Shown here: piece by piece, positions 1-12,929 of the stretch
Layout: each line of letters starts with the position of its first letter
Numbering within the stretch: position 1 is the stretch's first letter
Assembly (NCBI GenBank): GCA_951406725.2
Contig: OX597814.1
Location: 156,550,001-156,614,000, forward strand
Length of the DNA: 64,000 nucleotides
Direction of reading: 5' to 3'
Source: Octopus vulgaris
Taxonomy: Eukaryota
Notes under the pieces: generated by a model
The model's database searches: none
The model's input: the letters and a program-made list of their open reading frames with translations, nothing else
Told to the model about the DNA's origin: nothing
Position numbers and translations under genes: made by a program

Positions 1-935
1 ACAACAGTCCTGCGTTCGAGTAACTAAGAAGACAGAAAAGTTCGAAAATGGGAAAAGCGTTCATCAGGGCTGCATTCTTTCTTTATGTTTGTTCAACATT
101 TACACAGAGTGGATAATACGAGAAGTAATACAGGAAGATGATGGTATCAAAATACATGACTTACATATTTCTAATCTAAGGTATGCAGACGAAACTTTTC
201 TACTTACCAAACTACATGAAATGACTGAGTCTAGAATGCATCAAATACACATGGACTTTACTTCAAACTTAAGAAAACAAAAATTGTGGTTTCAGGAAAT
301 GACAAAGTAAATGCTATCACCAAACTGGACAGTGAGAGGTTCGAGCAAGTTGAATTGTACAAGTATCTTTGAGCTCAAAATATCTGATGCAGCCACATAT
401 AAGAAAAATTAGGACACGGGTAGCCATAGCAAGAACGTTCATAGAAAGACTTAATAGCATCTGAAGCAGTAAAAGAGTCCGATCAAGGTTAAAAACAAGG
501 CTAGTACGAATGATCATTTGGCTAATATGTATTTATTGCTGTGAAACATGAACTCCGAACTAATCTGGAGAGAAAATAATCACTGCGTTTGAAATGTCAG
601 TGCATAGGAGAATGTTACGAGTCTCTTACAAGGACCATCAGACAAATGAATGGGTGTTGTAACAAGTAGGTAAAAGACAACTCCTGAACATTGGGGAAAA
701 ACAAAAGCCCGTCTATTATGGACATATCCAAATAAGTAAAAGTTTGGAAAATATTATCATACAGGGAATGATAGAGGGTAGTCGATCAAGAGGCAGACAA
801 AGAACTCAATGGATGGACAATATCACAAGCTGGTTACACCAATGTAGAAAGGCAGCTGGAGGACACCGCTTTATATGGAAGTCTTTTGCTGTAATGTGAT
901 CAATTTGCTGCAGGCGCATGATGCATGATGACGAA
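1..935 (+). mobile_element. Decayed RTE-clade non-LTR retrotransposon, reverse transcriptase C-terminal part
   Basis: Translation gives QGCILS..LFNIYTEWIIRE..ISNLRYADE (RT motifs), then RTE-like GSRSRGRQRTQWMDNI; many stops and frameshifts. Confidence 0.85.
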
Positions 936-1239
936 GCAACTAACATCTTTACAACTGTTTCGAACGGTCGATTATTAGTTCATATAACAAAGCTCATTAT
1001 TCAAGCTGTAGCAATACTGAGACAGTATTTTAGTTATACATAAAAGCAAAGTAAGGTAGCACGGAATTAATAGCTCCGTGCTGCAGAGTCACAGCACTCT
1101 CTTCGGCAGATCTAGAACAAATAACAATAGCACAAATGCGACGAGGGGCACAAGATGTGAATATAAAGACAACGTGAGATAAACAAAAGTTCGAACAGTG
1201 ATGGATAATGAACAAAATGTATGCACTCGAAAAATAGCA

Positions 1240-1312
<73 letters not shown>

Positions 1313-1340
1313 TATAGATATATAGATACATATATATATG
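1240..1340. repeat. (TA)n microsatellite
   Basis: Direct reading. Confidence 0.98.
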
Positions 1341-1374
1341 CACACACGTAGAAGTAAATAGACACCCTTATAAT

Positions 1375-2345
1375 CGTTAAAATTTATTTAAATCTGAAAT
1401 TATACATTCAAATTATTTGTTAATTACTATAATGCGAATAATATTTAGTAGACATGCCTTTTGCACTTTTCAGTGCATTTTCACTGCCTATTAGACATGA
1501 CACAGATCAGATGAGGAATATTCTCTTAACGAATCTCATGCCATGTTTCATGCAGTAATCACAAAAAAATCTGAATTCGAGGATGCTTTCTTGTTCTTTT
1601 TACAAAATATCCTGTCCATTATTCCTCAAAGGTGTTCAGTAGGGTTCATATCTAGGTTATCTTTCCTTCATACTCCACCCGCTCTGATCGACCATTGCTC
1701 CCTAGACCATCACAGAATAGCCACCATTGTTGGTTGCAGCCTTTGTACATCGGTTTTTTGATCACAGAGTCTCCAGACCCACACTCGACCACTGTCAGAA
1801 TGTACTGCAAATCTGAACTCATCAGAGAATATGGTAGTGTCCCAAAATGCTAGTGACCTTTCCAACATCTTACTGGCCCAATCTTTTCTCCTCTTCATGT
1901 TGCCTGGTTGAAGAAGTGACTTCCTTCTTGCTGCTCTGCCATAGAAGCCAAGTTTGTGAAGATACTTGACAGCTGTTCTGAGACTGACATCCACATGTTT
2001 TGCTATGCCAGAGGCCTTGCAACGAGTATTATCCTCCACACTTCTCTTGACAAAGCGAAGAGTCCTGTCAGAGGGTCCTGGTTGACCTGAGCAAGGTGAT
2101 GTAGACTCCTTCTTCTCTCTGGTGAATTGCACAATCCCTCTATTAACTGTAGATAGTAGGATCCCAATGTTATCTGCGATTTTACGTTGACTTCAGATTG
2201 ATCCACAATACGGCCTCTTTGTAATTCGGACAATTTCAAGGCTTCTTTTGTACGTGGCTTGACTAAGCAGTCACATGTAGAACTTGAAACAGAAATGTCA
2301 ATTAATGAAAGATACAATCTTTCCAAGTTAAAATAAACATAAAGC
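1375..2345 (-). mobile_element. Decayed Tc1-like DNA transposon (transposase pseudogene)
   Basis: Minus-strand translation GRAARRKSLL..RKDWA..FWDTTIFSDEFRF..GRVWVWR, then DMNPTEHL*G (DLNPIEHLW-like); frameshifts and an internal deletion; TIRs not identified. Confidence 0.85.
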
Positions 2346-2356
2346 GATTTACTTAT

Positions 2357-2506
<150 letters not shown>

Positions 2507-2509
2507 CTG

Positions 2510-2870
2510 TACCAAAGGTACTGTCCACAACAGGTACTGCAATAGCCTAGGGTTCAAAGGCCTATAGCTTTTCAATGCCTTGCCACAAAAATTCAGAAAT
2601 CTGCATTAGGTGGAAGTAGATGACTTCAAAAACGAACAAGACATCCTCCTCTCCACAATATCGGATGAACTAACGTTCCGACATGAGGTACAGACGAGAG
2701 CAACGGAATCAAGCTCCCTTACACACCAAATAGGCCCAAAAGCCTGGGCAAAAGCACATACAGGAGTGGTGATGTGAAACACCCCAGACTGAGGGAATCA
2801 GCAACACTACAGCGGTGCTCCAGCATGGCTGCAACTGTATGGCTGAGACGCTTAAACGAGTAAAAGAGTA
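2510..2870 (+). mobile_element. 3' end of a CR1-group (Zenon-like) LINE with 3' UTR
   Basis: NSLGFKGL*LFNALPQKFRNL..FKNEQDILLSTISDE..RATESSSL resembles CR1-group ORF2 C-termini; UTR ends GCGGTGCTCCAGCATGG..GAGTAAAAGAGTA. Confidence 0.7.
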
Positions 2871-3113
2871 TGTATGTATGTATGTATGTATGTATGTGTG
2901 TATGTAGGTATGTGTGTATGTATATAAATGAATGTGTTCTTATATATACGTATATATACATACATGCATATATATATATATACATACACACACATACACA
3001 CACACAGGTATATATATATACGTATGTCTATATTTGTACGTGTGTAAACGTCGATTTATATGTGCAAGTGAGCTTATACGTGTGAGTTATGTTAGTGTAT
3101 GGGTGTGTATATA

Positions 3114-3146
<33 letters not shown>

Positions 3147-3482
3147 GCTCTTTAATGTATATACGAGTGAGTGTGTGTGTGTGTCCGGGTAAAAATGACA
3201 CATCTTATAACTAGAGTGAATATAATTTACTAAACAAAAGTGACATACACTTATTCAAATGGATGTATAGCGATCCATTCCTACTTAATTATATGTATTA
3301 CTTCTATCATTATTATCATTATTATTGTAATCATTATAATTATTTTCGATTTACTCTAATCTATTGTCACTTAGTATAGGTTTATATCAAAATAGTGTAT
3401 GTGCACATCAATGTATCCACGTAAATCAATATCTGTATACCAATGCGTGTGTGTCAATATGAGCATGTGCTATTGTGTGAGA

Positions 3483-3513
<31 letters not shown>

Positions 3514-4216
3514 TATACGTACGTAGGTGGTGTAAGCCATCGTGTCAATATGTTGGCCAAGGTGTGAAAGTGCGTGGAATTCAGTGAGCATATGCAACAA
3601 CGTGTGTGTCTATTATCTGTATGTGTGTAAGTATGTAGGTATCAGTGTGTTCGTATACCAATGTGCGAGAGTCTGCCAGCGTATGTGAGTATGTAAATGT
3701 GTGTGATGGTTATACATTATCTCCAATTTGAAAGATTACATTATCATAGAATGGATTAAACGGCACTCCCTCTCTTTGTCTAACGATTTTATTGCATACT
3801 CTTGTATGTCTAATTTACTTGTTTATGTATTTTGTTTTGATAGCACTATCTATATATATCCGTTTTGATTTATCGATACCATGTATGTTTCATTGTTTTA
3901 TGTTTTTATCGGCCTATTTTATTGTACTAGTTTTCTTTTCCTTTTTTCCTTTTTTTCGGGGTGGGGAGAGGAGTGGTCTTCTCTCAATTTCTTTTGAAAA
4001 TTGCTTCAAAATAGCAGACTTCCTGAAAATATTTCTTAATAGAACTGGATGAATTAAAGAGAAAAAAGAGCGAGGTACTTGGTCACCCGAGGAAAGGCAA
4101 TCAGCACTTGTGATGCAAGACAATTGATTGTACAGCATTTTACCTGTCAGGTGCAGTTGAACCAATTGTAGCGGTTTTGAATAATTCCATATCATGAATT
4201 CCATTTTCTGTCCCTG

Positions 4217-4308
4217 ATGTATGTATGTATGTATGTATGTATGTATGTATGTATGTATGTATGTATGTATGTATGTATGTATGCATGTATGTATGTAAGT
4301 ATGTATGC
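4217..4308. repeat. (TATG)n microsatellite
   Basis: Direct reading. Confidence 0.97.
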
Positions 4309-4309
4309 A

Positions 4310-5097
4310 TTTATATATCTCCTATTTTTAATTATTATAAACCGCCCACTGAGGAGGGAGCCGGTTTTCAACAAAAATACAAGGCTCCATCTTTGGGATG
4401 TAGTTAACACAGACAAATTCATATTTGGAACTTGAGAAAAGTCTTGCATATTTTCACTGTTCTACTCACAGATTTCACTTGTAATGTACGAATGAGCTGG
4501 TCAGTTTCACTTTCTGAAAATCCCAGTTTATCCAGATTCTCCGTTAAGCATTTACTAACAAAACCTAGAGCTCCAATTATTATTGGTATGAATATGAATT
4601 CATAGTCAGGTTATAGAAGCTGGAGGTTTCGAAGTAGTTGCTCATCCCCTTTTTCTTTGATTTTCAAAGACATTTTTATATCTGCAAGGCAGCTGACCTC
4701 TATGACAGCAAATACCTTTGCCCCTCTGTCCCAAAGAACAATAACTGGCCTGTTATGTTTACATATGAGAAAAGTTTTGATGGGAATATTCCACCAATAT
4801 TCCTTGAGGTGTGTTCGTGAATGCATTCAATAACAGAAGGATTTTCTAAATTTATTTCAAGTCAGTCTTTTTTTTTTGCGGATGGCATTGTAAATTGTTT
4901 TAACGATAACATCGTGCCATATATGGAGGTAGTACCGTGATGACATTTCAGGACAGCTGCTAATAACATGCGTGATGTCTTCCACAGAAACAAGACATAG
5001 CCTACACATGCAGTTGTACCTCGGGGTTACAAGAGCGTCACTGTCTCTCTTCACCAGGTACTCTGTGGCAATCTCCTGTTCTTGGGTTGCAAACACG
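4310..5097 (-). mobile_element. 5'-truncated Dong/R4-like non-LTR retrotransposon: CCHC knuckle and restriction-like endonuclease
   Basis: CRLCLVSVEDITHVISSC..HDVIVK then WWNIPI..HNRPVIVLWDR..VIEVSC..KEK (decayed PD-(D/E)xK region); flanked by (TATG)n on both sides. Confidence 0.8.
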
Positions 5098-5189
5098 TAC
5101 GTATGTATGTATGTATGTATTTATGTATTTATGTATGTATGTATGTATGTATGTATGTATGTATGTATGTATGTATGTATGTATGTATG
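5098..5189. repeat. (TATG)n microsatellite
   Basis: Direct reading. Confidence 0.97.
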
Positions 5190-5776
5190 AGGACAGCTGA
5201 TATCTTGAGAATTGAGGCGATGGTACACAAGCACCGGTTGCATTGGACTGGACACCTTATTAGAATGGAGGATAGAAGGATTCCTAAGCAGATGCTCTAT
5301 GGAGAACTTGTGAATGGAAGGAGACTCCGGCAGAAACCAAGGCTGCGATTTAAGGGCTGTGTCAAGTCCTCGTTAAAGGCATTTAATATGCAGGACACTG
5401 ACTAGGAGAACAATGCCTGTCATCGCCACAGATGGAGGAAGCAGGTTAAGGAGGGGACCGACACTTTTGAGAGAGCACGTATCCAGCATGAAGAACTTAA
5501 GCGAGCTGCGCGAAAGCGCACGGCTCGTATTACAACAGCGTATCTCAGAACGAGTGTTCCATTGTGTTGTATTGAGATTAAGAGGAAAGCTTGGTCTGCT
5601 TGGGGAAAGCTTGGTCTGCAATGTTTGCAGTCGTGTATGCTTGTCAAGAGCAGGGCTCATTAGCCACCAACCGAGCCGCAAATGCAAAATATAAGTTAGT
5701 CCTAGAGCGCACAATGTTCCTGAAGGTCGGCAATGGTCTTCCTCGGTCACGAGTGGACGGCCATCATCATCATCAT
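5190..5776 (+). mobile_element. 3' fragment of an RTE (BovB-like) LINE
   Basis: RLHWTGHLIRMEDRRIPKQMLYGEL..RLRFK, terminal CNVCSRVCLSRAGLISH finger, (CAT)n tail. Confidence 0.85.
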
Positions 5777-5814
5777 GTATGTATGTATGCGTTTATACAT
5801 ACCTTTTAATTTTT

Positions 5815-6030
5815 ATCTTTTACTCGTTTTTGTCATTAGACTGCAGCTATGCTGAAACGCCGCTTTAACGAGTTTAGTCAAACAAATCTATCCCAGTACT
5901 TTGTTTTAAAAAGTCTGATACTTATTCTATCGGCTTGTTATTGCCAAACTGCTAAGTTATGGTGACGTAAACAAACCAGCGCCGGTTGCCAAGCGGTAGT
6001 GGAGGACAAATAAAAATACAAAGACACACA
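5815..6030 (-). mobile_element. tRNA-SINE family A, 3' half, diverged
   Basis: Reverse complement matches the 3' part of the copies at 9.7 and 18.6 kb. Confidence 0.7.
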
Positions 6031-6171
6031 CCCATAGTTACATGCAAGTACGTATGTGTGTGTGTGAATGTATGTATGTATATGTATATATGTATTTGTG
6101 TGTATATATATAATTGGAAAAGTAATGCAAATAAAAATATGGTAAAAAATACCTATGTACAATTATACTCT

Positions 6172-6176
<5 letters not shown>

Positions 6177-6243
<67 letters not shown>

Positions 6244-6261
6244 TAATATAATATAATAGAT

Positions 6262-6354
<93 letters not shown>

Positions 6355-6355
6355 C
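6177..6355. repeat. (AAT)n followed by (GATA)n microsatellites
   Basis: Direct reading. Confidence 0.97.
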
Positions 6356-7155
6356 ATACATGCATATATGGGTACAGGACGTCACCAAGGGTGCAAATGA
6401 CATGAAATACGTAAACAAACGAGGGAAAAAAGTGTGGAATACGTGAACAAAGATAAACATAGAAAACAGTACAAGTGAACACAGAGAAGTGACACTTCAT
6501 CAGTTGTCGGCGGTTTATCTAATCCTCATTTTGAGCATTCAATGACAATATGAGTCTTCAAAGACAGTTGCTCTCATAAATTCTAAAATAAAATTTAGGA
6601 TTTACGGCGGGTCAAACAAACAAATGACAGTGGAGACATACAAAGAAACCGAACGAAAACAAACATGGAGGGTCGTTATATCAGAACGAAAGGAAAAGAG
6701 TGAAGGCAGGAAGAAACATTTCTTTTTTCTATTTTTGAAAAGAGAAAAGATAGAAGAGAGAGAGAAAACACGTCCGTTCTTTTTAAAGTCCGTGCCAGAA
6801 AAGAAAGACGGTCACGTGAGGAAAAGAAAGATAAACGATGGTCACGTGTGAGCAACGAGAGAGAAAGAGGGAGGGAGGGAGAGAGAGAGAAAAGAGAAAG
6901 ATGGGACAGAGAGACAAAGAAAATGGTGAAGGAGGGAGAGGAAAAAAGGAAATTAGAGAAGTATGGAGGAATAAAACAGTATAGAGTAGAGAGTGCAACA
7001 AAAAGGTGGAGATAAAAACTTATTTGGAAATGGATGCGACGCGTTCAATTAAATAATAGTAAATAAGATAGATAGACAGATAGATACTAATACATTTTTT
7101 TGTTGTCTACACTACCTGCCTTCGTATTTTCTTTTTCGTTTTTGTGAATTCACCC

Positions 7156-7212
<57 letters not shown>

Positions 7213-7214
<2 letters not shown>

Positions 7215-7372
7215 GGCGGGCTTCTCCCAGTTTCCGTCTACCAAATCCACTCACACGTCTTCGTTCTGCCCGAGGCTATAGTGGAATACACTTACCCAAG
7301 GTACCACACAGTAGAACTGATCCTGGAACCATGTAGTTGGGAAGCAAAACTTCTTACCACACGCATGAACCT
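7213..7372 (-). mobile_element. tRNA-SINE family A, 5' half
   Basis: TTTCCGTCTACCAAATCCACTCAC..CCCAAGGT..GGAACCATGT matches family A. Confidence 0.8.
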
Positions 7373-7653
7373 ATGCTTTAAAAAAAAACACAAAAATAGA
7401 TGGCCATATCTTGATTGTCTTTGACGATAGGTCGTCTCAGTCATTGCTCACCCTGGGCTAAACAACAATAATGACGTCTTTTGCTTGTTTTATTTAAAGA
7501 AAAACACATTTATGAAAGCTTATGTATTCTATACTGTGTAATCTTTGTTCTGAATTACATATAAACTTTAAATCTCTAAATAACCAGTCGATATTTGTAG
7601 GAAGTCAACGCTATTTTTTTATTGTTTGCTTGTGTTTATTTTGCGCGTGCGTG

Positions 7654-7704
<51 letters not shown>

Positions 7705-8489
7705 AGGTATTTATGTGGCTTTGTTTTTCTTTTTTTTTTTCATTATCACAGAAACCACGGAGTGGTTCTAACTTAAGCAACTACTTGACATTTCCCGCCA
7801 AGCAATATAATAAATCATGTGATACATCTTCGGAGAGATACAATGCAGAAAGATGTAGAAACAAGTATAGTGTAACATTATTCGATTATGTGGCCTTTCA
7901 ATGGAACACGTACGGAAAATGCATTGTTGAAGAGGAGAATAAACTGACATCTATAACATTTTCGAATAATAAGCGGAGAGAAATAAGGAGTAAGTATCAA
8001 AAAAGAGAGAGAGAGATGCAAAGAGAAACAGAGAAAGAGAGAGGGAGAGAGAGAGACAATAGAGGAAAGAAGAGAGAGAGAGAGAGAGTGTGTGTGTGTG
8101 TGTGTGTGAGTGTGTGTGTGAAGGATGTGAGAACGAGAGAGAGAGAGAGAATAATTGGTTTTAGTATATAACAAATAACCTCTTAATCTCAATACAACAC
8201 AATGGAACACTCGTTCTGAGATACGCTGTTGTAATTCTCGGAGTGCCGTGATTTACGACATGACTTATAACAATTAAGGGATACTGTAAAGCAATTATGG
8301 AACACCTGAACAATTTTCGATCTAATTAAACTGGCTTGTTCCGACTGACAGTCTGTTTCTCTAGTCGGTCATTCTGTCTGGTGTCACTTCCTCTCTTCCA
8401 CTCTCTTTTTCTCTTTTTCTTTTTCTCTCTCTCTCTCTCCCTCTCTCTCTTTGTATGTATGTATATATACATCTATATATATACATATA

Positions 8490-8606
<117 letters not shown>

Positions 8607-9479
8607 CACTCATTTAGTCTATGTGTGTCCAATATGTGAGCATGGCGGTACACTTAAGAAGTTTGCTTCACTTTTTGTTATTTTGGGTTCGATCCTACTA
8701 AGGGGCACTATACTTTACCACAGCAAGGAAACTGTGCATTAGTCCATCAGAAAATTTATACCAGCTCTTCAGTGGATTTTTAATCCTTCGACGTTCAGTA
8801 TTTTTAGCAGAGTTCAACCTGTTGCCAACATTCATATCAGGTCTCTGGTCCGGTGGTAGGTCAGTATATTCAGGTACTGATCCCTACAACAGTAACATAT
8901 TGTGGGCTTTTCCTCTATTTCTTCCTACCAGTCTTGAAGTCCTGATCAAGGGTGCAACCCTTTTTCTTCTGACAGCTATAAATAACTATTACAAGATGTT
9001 TAAAAAAGTATGTAGATTATTAATTGAAAACTGTTTACGTTTTGTCATCTGATGTGTTGATGGGTCACTAATGAAGGCTTTGTGTTCGAATAGCCTGCCC
9101 AAAATAAGACATTTAGTCGGAGGCTATCCGTCTCCGAATTTTTACTACGACTCAACATATGCTTACGGCGTCAAGGTGAAGTGAATTAAACTAGTTAGAA
9201 ATTCAAAATAGATTGTCTTTTGGCTCGAAGCAAATTTAACACTACTCTTTTTTGATTCGATGACATGAATAACAGATTCTCTTGCATCTCAGGAAAAAAT
9301 TACTTTCTTAGAATATAGTTATACAGAATTATTGCCAAAATTTATTTATTTCTAAACTATTACCTACATCTGAATACTTACCAATCACTTCAGTGCGTAC
9401 AAAGCTCTGTTCACACTAACCCGACTAACGTGTTACAGTGAACAGACAATGCATTTACGATATCGGTGATCAAGCATAG

Positions 9480-9690
9480 AAGTGGTATAAACGGGACAGT
9501 ACCTGACTGAATGCTTAGAAGTATTTATGTCTCTTTAAGTTCTGAATACCTATCCTTCTGAGGTCGACTTTGTTTTTATCCAAGACACATCCTAAAGTTG
9601 CGGATAATCTGTTGCATCTTTTCACAACAGATGTATGCAGGATTGGAAGTTTCAGCTTACAATATGTTGGTTTCTTCGATTCAATATCAA
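9480..9690 (-). mobile_element. Possible very decayed C-terminal remnant of an RLE-type non-LTR element
   Basis: ATLGCVLDKNKVDLRRIGI followed by IQSGT-like sequence resembles R4/R2 C-terminal motifs; weak. Confidence 0.3.
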
Positions 9691-9699
9691 CTGAAACAT

Positions 9700-10097
9700 C
9701 TGTGAGGTAAGTAGCTTGCTTACCAACCACATGGTTCGGGGTTCAGTCCCACTGCGTGGCACATTGGACAAGTGTTTTCTACTATAACCTTGGGCCGACC
9801 AAAGCCTTGTGAGTGGATTTAGTAGACGGAAACTGAAAGAAGCCCGTCGTATATATGTATATATATGTGTGTGTGTGTATGTGTGTGTGTGTGTTTGTGT
9901 GTCTGTGTTTGTCCCCCATCATCGCTTGACAACTGATGCTGGTGTGTTTACGTCCCCGTAACATAGCGGTTTGGCAAAAGAGACCGATAAAATAAGTACT
10001 AGGCTTACAAAGAATAAGTCCTGAGATCAATTTCTTCGACTAAAGGCGGTGCTCCAGCATGGCCGCCGTCAAATGACTGAAACAAGTAAAAGAGTAA
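9700..10097 (+). mobile_element. tRNA-SINE family A, near full length
   Basis: tRNA-like head with B-box GGTTCAGTCCC, central TA/GT microsatellite, tail GCGGTGCTCCAGCATGGCC..AAGTAAAAGAGTA; more than 10 copies in this window. Confidence 0.9.
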
Positions 10098-11036
10098 TGT
10101 TCTTTCGACCAGCATGAACATCACAACATTCCATCTGAGCCCCTATTAAAATACCTACTAAAAGCATATGTTGCTGGTGAGTAGCGAAAATTAAGTAGTA
10201 AGATCACAGTGGGACGTATCTGCGACGACTCTGTTTCCATTCTCTGTTATTTTATTTCTGTCATTCCATTTTATTTATGTTGTTTAATTTTACCTTCCGA
10301 GAAACGTGCGTTTTCTACTTCCCAGAAAAGTACGAAATTCACCATTTAACTCTGCACAAAGTTATATGTCATCAATAGAAGACGCCGTGAATAGAGAAAG
10401 AATGGAACTAATATATCATCGTGAAGTAACAATAAAATGAGCAATTAGTTCTTACTCCAGCTTGTTCACATTCAAATCCATTAATGTCAACATTTACGTC
10501 CTTTCGAACGAAAACAGCAGAAGGTGACATAAAGTCTATGTGATAAAATAGTTATAAACTCAAAAGAAAAGAAACACTTATGTGATATGAGTAATCAGGC
10601 GGATAATTAAGTTAGGTTCTGACGATAATGGCCATATAAAAGACACTATGTGTTCTGTCAGCTTTTACTGCCATTTTTATTCGGTTATTTATACACAATT
10701 GAGATCTAAATTTTAAATTGATATCCAATTATTTTGACTTGACGGGAACGTTCAGTTTTATGAGTGGTGAGAAAAGGGATTAGTTACTGGGTATACATTC
10801 CCAATGAAAGGAATTGTCAACAATTTCATGTGGATTTTGTCTTTCATTGAACTGCTTGGCGTCTTGAATAAGATTTGTAATCATAGCTTCAGGTCAAAAC
10901 GAAGCATGTTTAGTGAAATTGGCTCGTTAGAAGCTGTACTGAAACCCGAAGGATGGATTCCTTGATAGCAACTATAATTTATTACACGATTCAGCATCAC
11001 CTCTTTAGCAGTGGGTGCTTTTTAGAAGAGTCAGTT

Positions 11037-11042
<6 letters not shown>

Positions 11043-11071
<29 letters not shown>

Positions 11072-11262
11072 AAGCAACAAGACGGGTAAGGGTGATTAGG
11101 TGATGGTCTAGGGCTTAGGGGCGGGAGACCGCAGACCTTGGAAAAAAAAACTTTGGTCGTCTTGTTGTAGTCGAGGGCTCTTCGTTGACGCCCGACACCA
11201 CTGGGAGGTGGCCCTCGAAGTCGCTGGAAATGGAGATCTCCAGGTCTAAATTCTTCAACGGC
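11043..11262 (-). mobile_element. Short ~200-bp (CAA)n-tailed retroposon, copy 1
   Basis: TSD AGTCAGTTTTGTTG at 11029-11042 and 11263-11276; near-identical copies at 18128 and 22131. Confidence 0.85.
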
Positions 11263-11657
11263 AGTCAGTTTTGTTGCAAGCTTTGAGATTAGGCTTCTGA
11301 TTGAAGTTAACTAAATACATTGATACACTTCATACGGCAGTAGCCCATGGTTCGTGCGTTCCTTCTTCTCTCCTAACCCCACCAGTTTCGGAAATCCTGT
11401 GAAAAAGAAATTTGTTATCCATTTTATTTTTTTATTCAATCACTAAAGAAATATTGAAATCAAATAGGCTGATCTGAAAATCATTTTTACAGGACATTCA
11501 CTACGTTCGTTAAAACACAGAAATGTCCTTATTTTTCTCGAGGCATATTACATTAGATATACATGAGAAATGAAATGGTTAACTCTTCAAATCAAAAATC
11601 AAGTTATTCATTCCACTCATTACGAGTTAAATATTGTTATACAATAAGAGCTTCAGC

Positions 11658-11718
11658 AAATATTCACTCAAAATTTCATAAAAATATTCACTCAAAATTT
11701 CATAAAAATATTCACTAA
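11658..11718. repeat. 25-bp tandem repeat, about 2.5 copies
   Basis: AAATATTCACTCAAAATTTCATA repeated. Confidence 0.85.
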
Positions 11719-12519
11719 CATTTACGTAAGCGACCCGATTCAGATGTTTCTTCTGATGTGAGAACAGGATGGTGTAAATATGTCGATATCTTCGACCTCA
11801 CTGAGCTTTACATATTAGTTGTTTTTGAATGAAAGGTTTCAATCTCTCATCTTTGAATAGTACAGAGCATCAGAAGACACGCCTCTAAATTAGCTAACGA
11901 AGGACATCATGCAAGCTGTGACTTGTAATCACTATACAGAAAGTTGTGACTTGTAATCACTATACAAATTTGACTGTAATCAACTTACTAGAAGTTACGT
12001 TCGATTTAGGTTCTAGTTCATAAAGCTTTTCAGTAAAGTAAATTAGAGACTCGTTTACGTTAACACTACATTGTTTCATTCCTGTCTCGGTGTTCAGAAA
12101 CATAGTAAAAACTGCATGAAAGTCTCAAGTGCGTCCGTATCAGGGGGCATACCTACTAAAAAGTATGTGGTAGCAAAAAACACCCTTGAGTTTCGTGGGC
12201 TCAAACAGAAGATTACTTAGATACCCAGCTTAGAAAGGACATCGTAAAATCCTTTGGTTCACACTCGCTGTCTATTCAAATGTTAAATCCATCAAAGGTA
12301 AAGCCTTCGTTAGAATAGTTGAAGATATTATTCACACGCACGCACACGCACGCACACGCACACACTCACACACACACACACTCACACACACACAGTGGAA
12401 ACTATATACTGGGGTCGATCTGTCCAAAGGCAGTGCCCCAGCATGGCCACGGTCCAGTAGCTGAAATGGGTATAAAATTAAAGACTCGTGTGAGGGAGCG
12501 TGTGTGTTTTTGTGCGTGT

Positions 12520-12835
12520 GTGAAGGCGCGTGGCTTCATGGTTAGGGTATTAGGCTCATGATTGTAAGGTTGTGAGTTCGATTCCAGGTGCAAGTTATAT
12601 CTCTTGAGCAAGATACTTTATTTTGCATTACTCCAGTTCATTCAATTAGAATAAATGAGTTGTGCTCGTTATTCAAAGAGCCAGCCTTGTCGCATCCTGT
12701 GTCCCACGCTGAATCTCCCTTAAGGGTACGCGCGTCTGTGGAGAGCTCAGCCACTTGCACGATCATTTCATGAGCAGTCTGTTCCATTGATCGATTAAGC
12801 TAGAGCATTCATCGTCGTAACCGACGGAGTACAAA
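12520..12835 (+). mobile_element. tRNA-SINE family B
   Basis: Head GGCGCGTGGCTTCATGGTTAGGG..GAGTTCGATTCC then CTTGAGCAAG core; related to 14288-14430 and 32455-32900. Confidence 0.7.
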
Positions 12836-12869
12836 GTACACACACACACACACCATACACATTACATAT

Positions 12870-12925
12870 AGAAGAAGAAGAAGAAGAAGAAGAAGAAGAA
12901 GAAGAAGAAGAAGAAGAAGAAGAAG
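12870..12925. repeat. (GAA)n microsatellite
   Basis: Direct reading. Confidence 0.97.
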
Positions 12926-12929
12926 GATG

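Noticed and set aside
1815-1830. CTGATGA on the minus strand
   Set aside because: Codons for FSDE of the Tc1 transposase; no helix II or GAAA
6360-6560. CTGATGAAG in a PLE-like repeat remnant (minus strand)
   Set aside because: No downstream helix II plus GAAA could be found
10600-11025. Possible decayed Tc1/mariner fragment
   Set aside because: Only faint motif resemblance; no reliable frame or TIR
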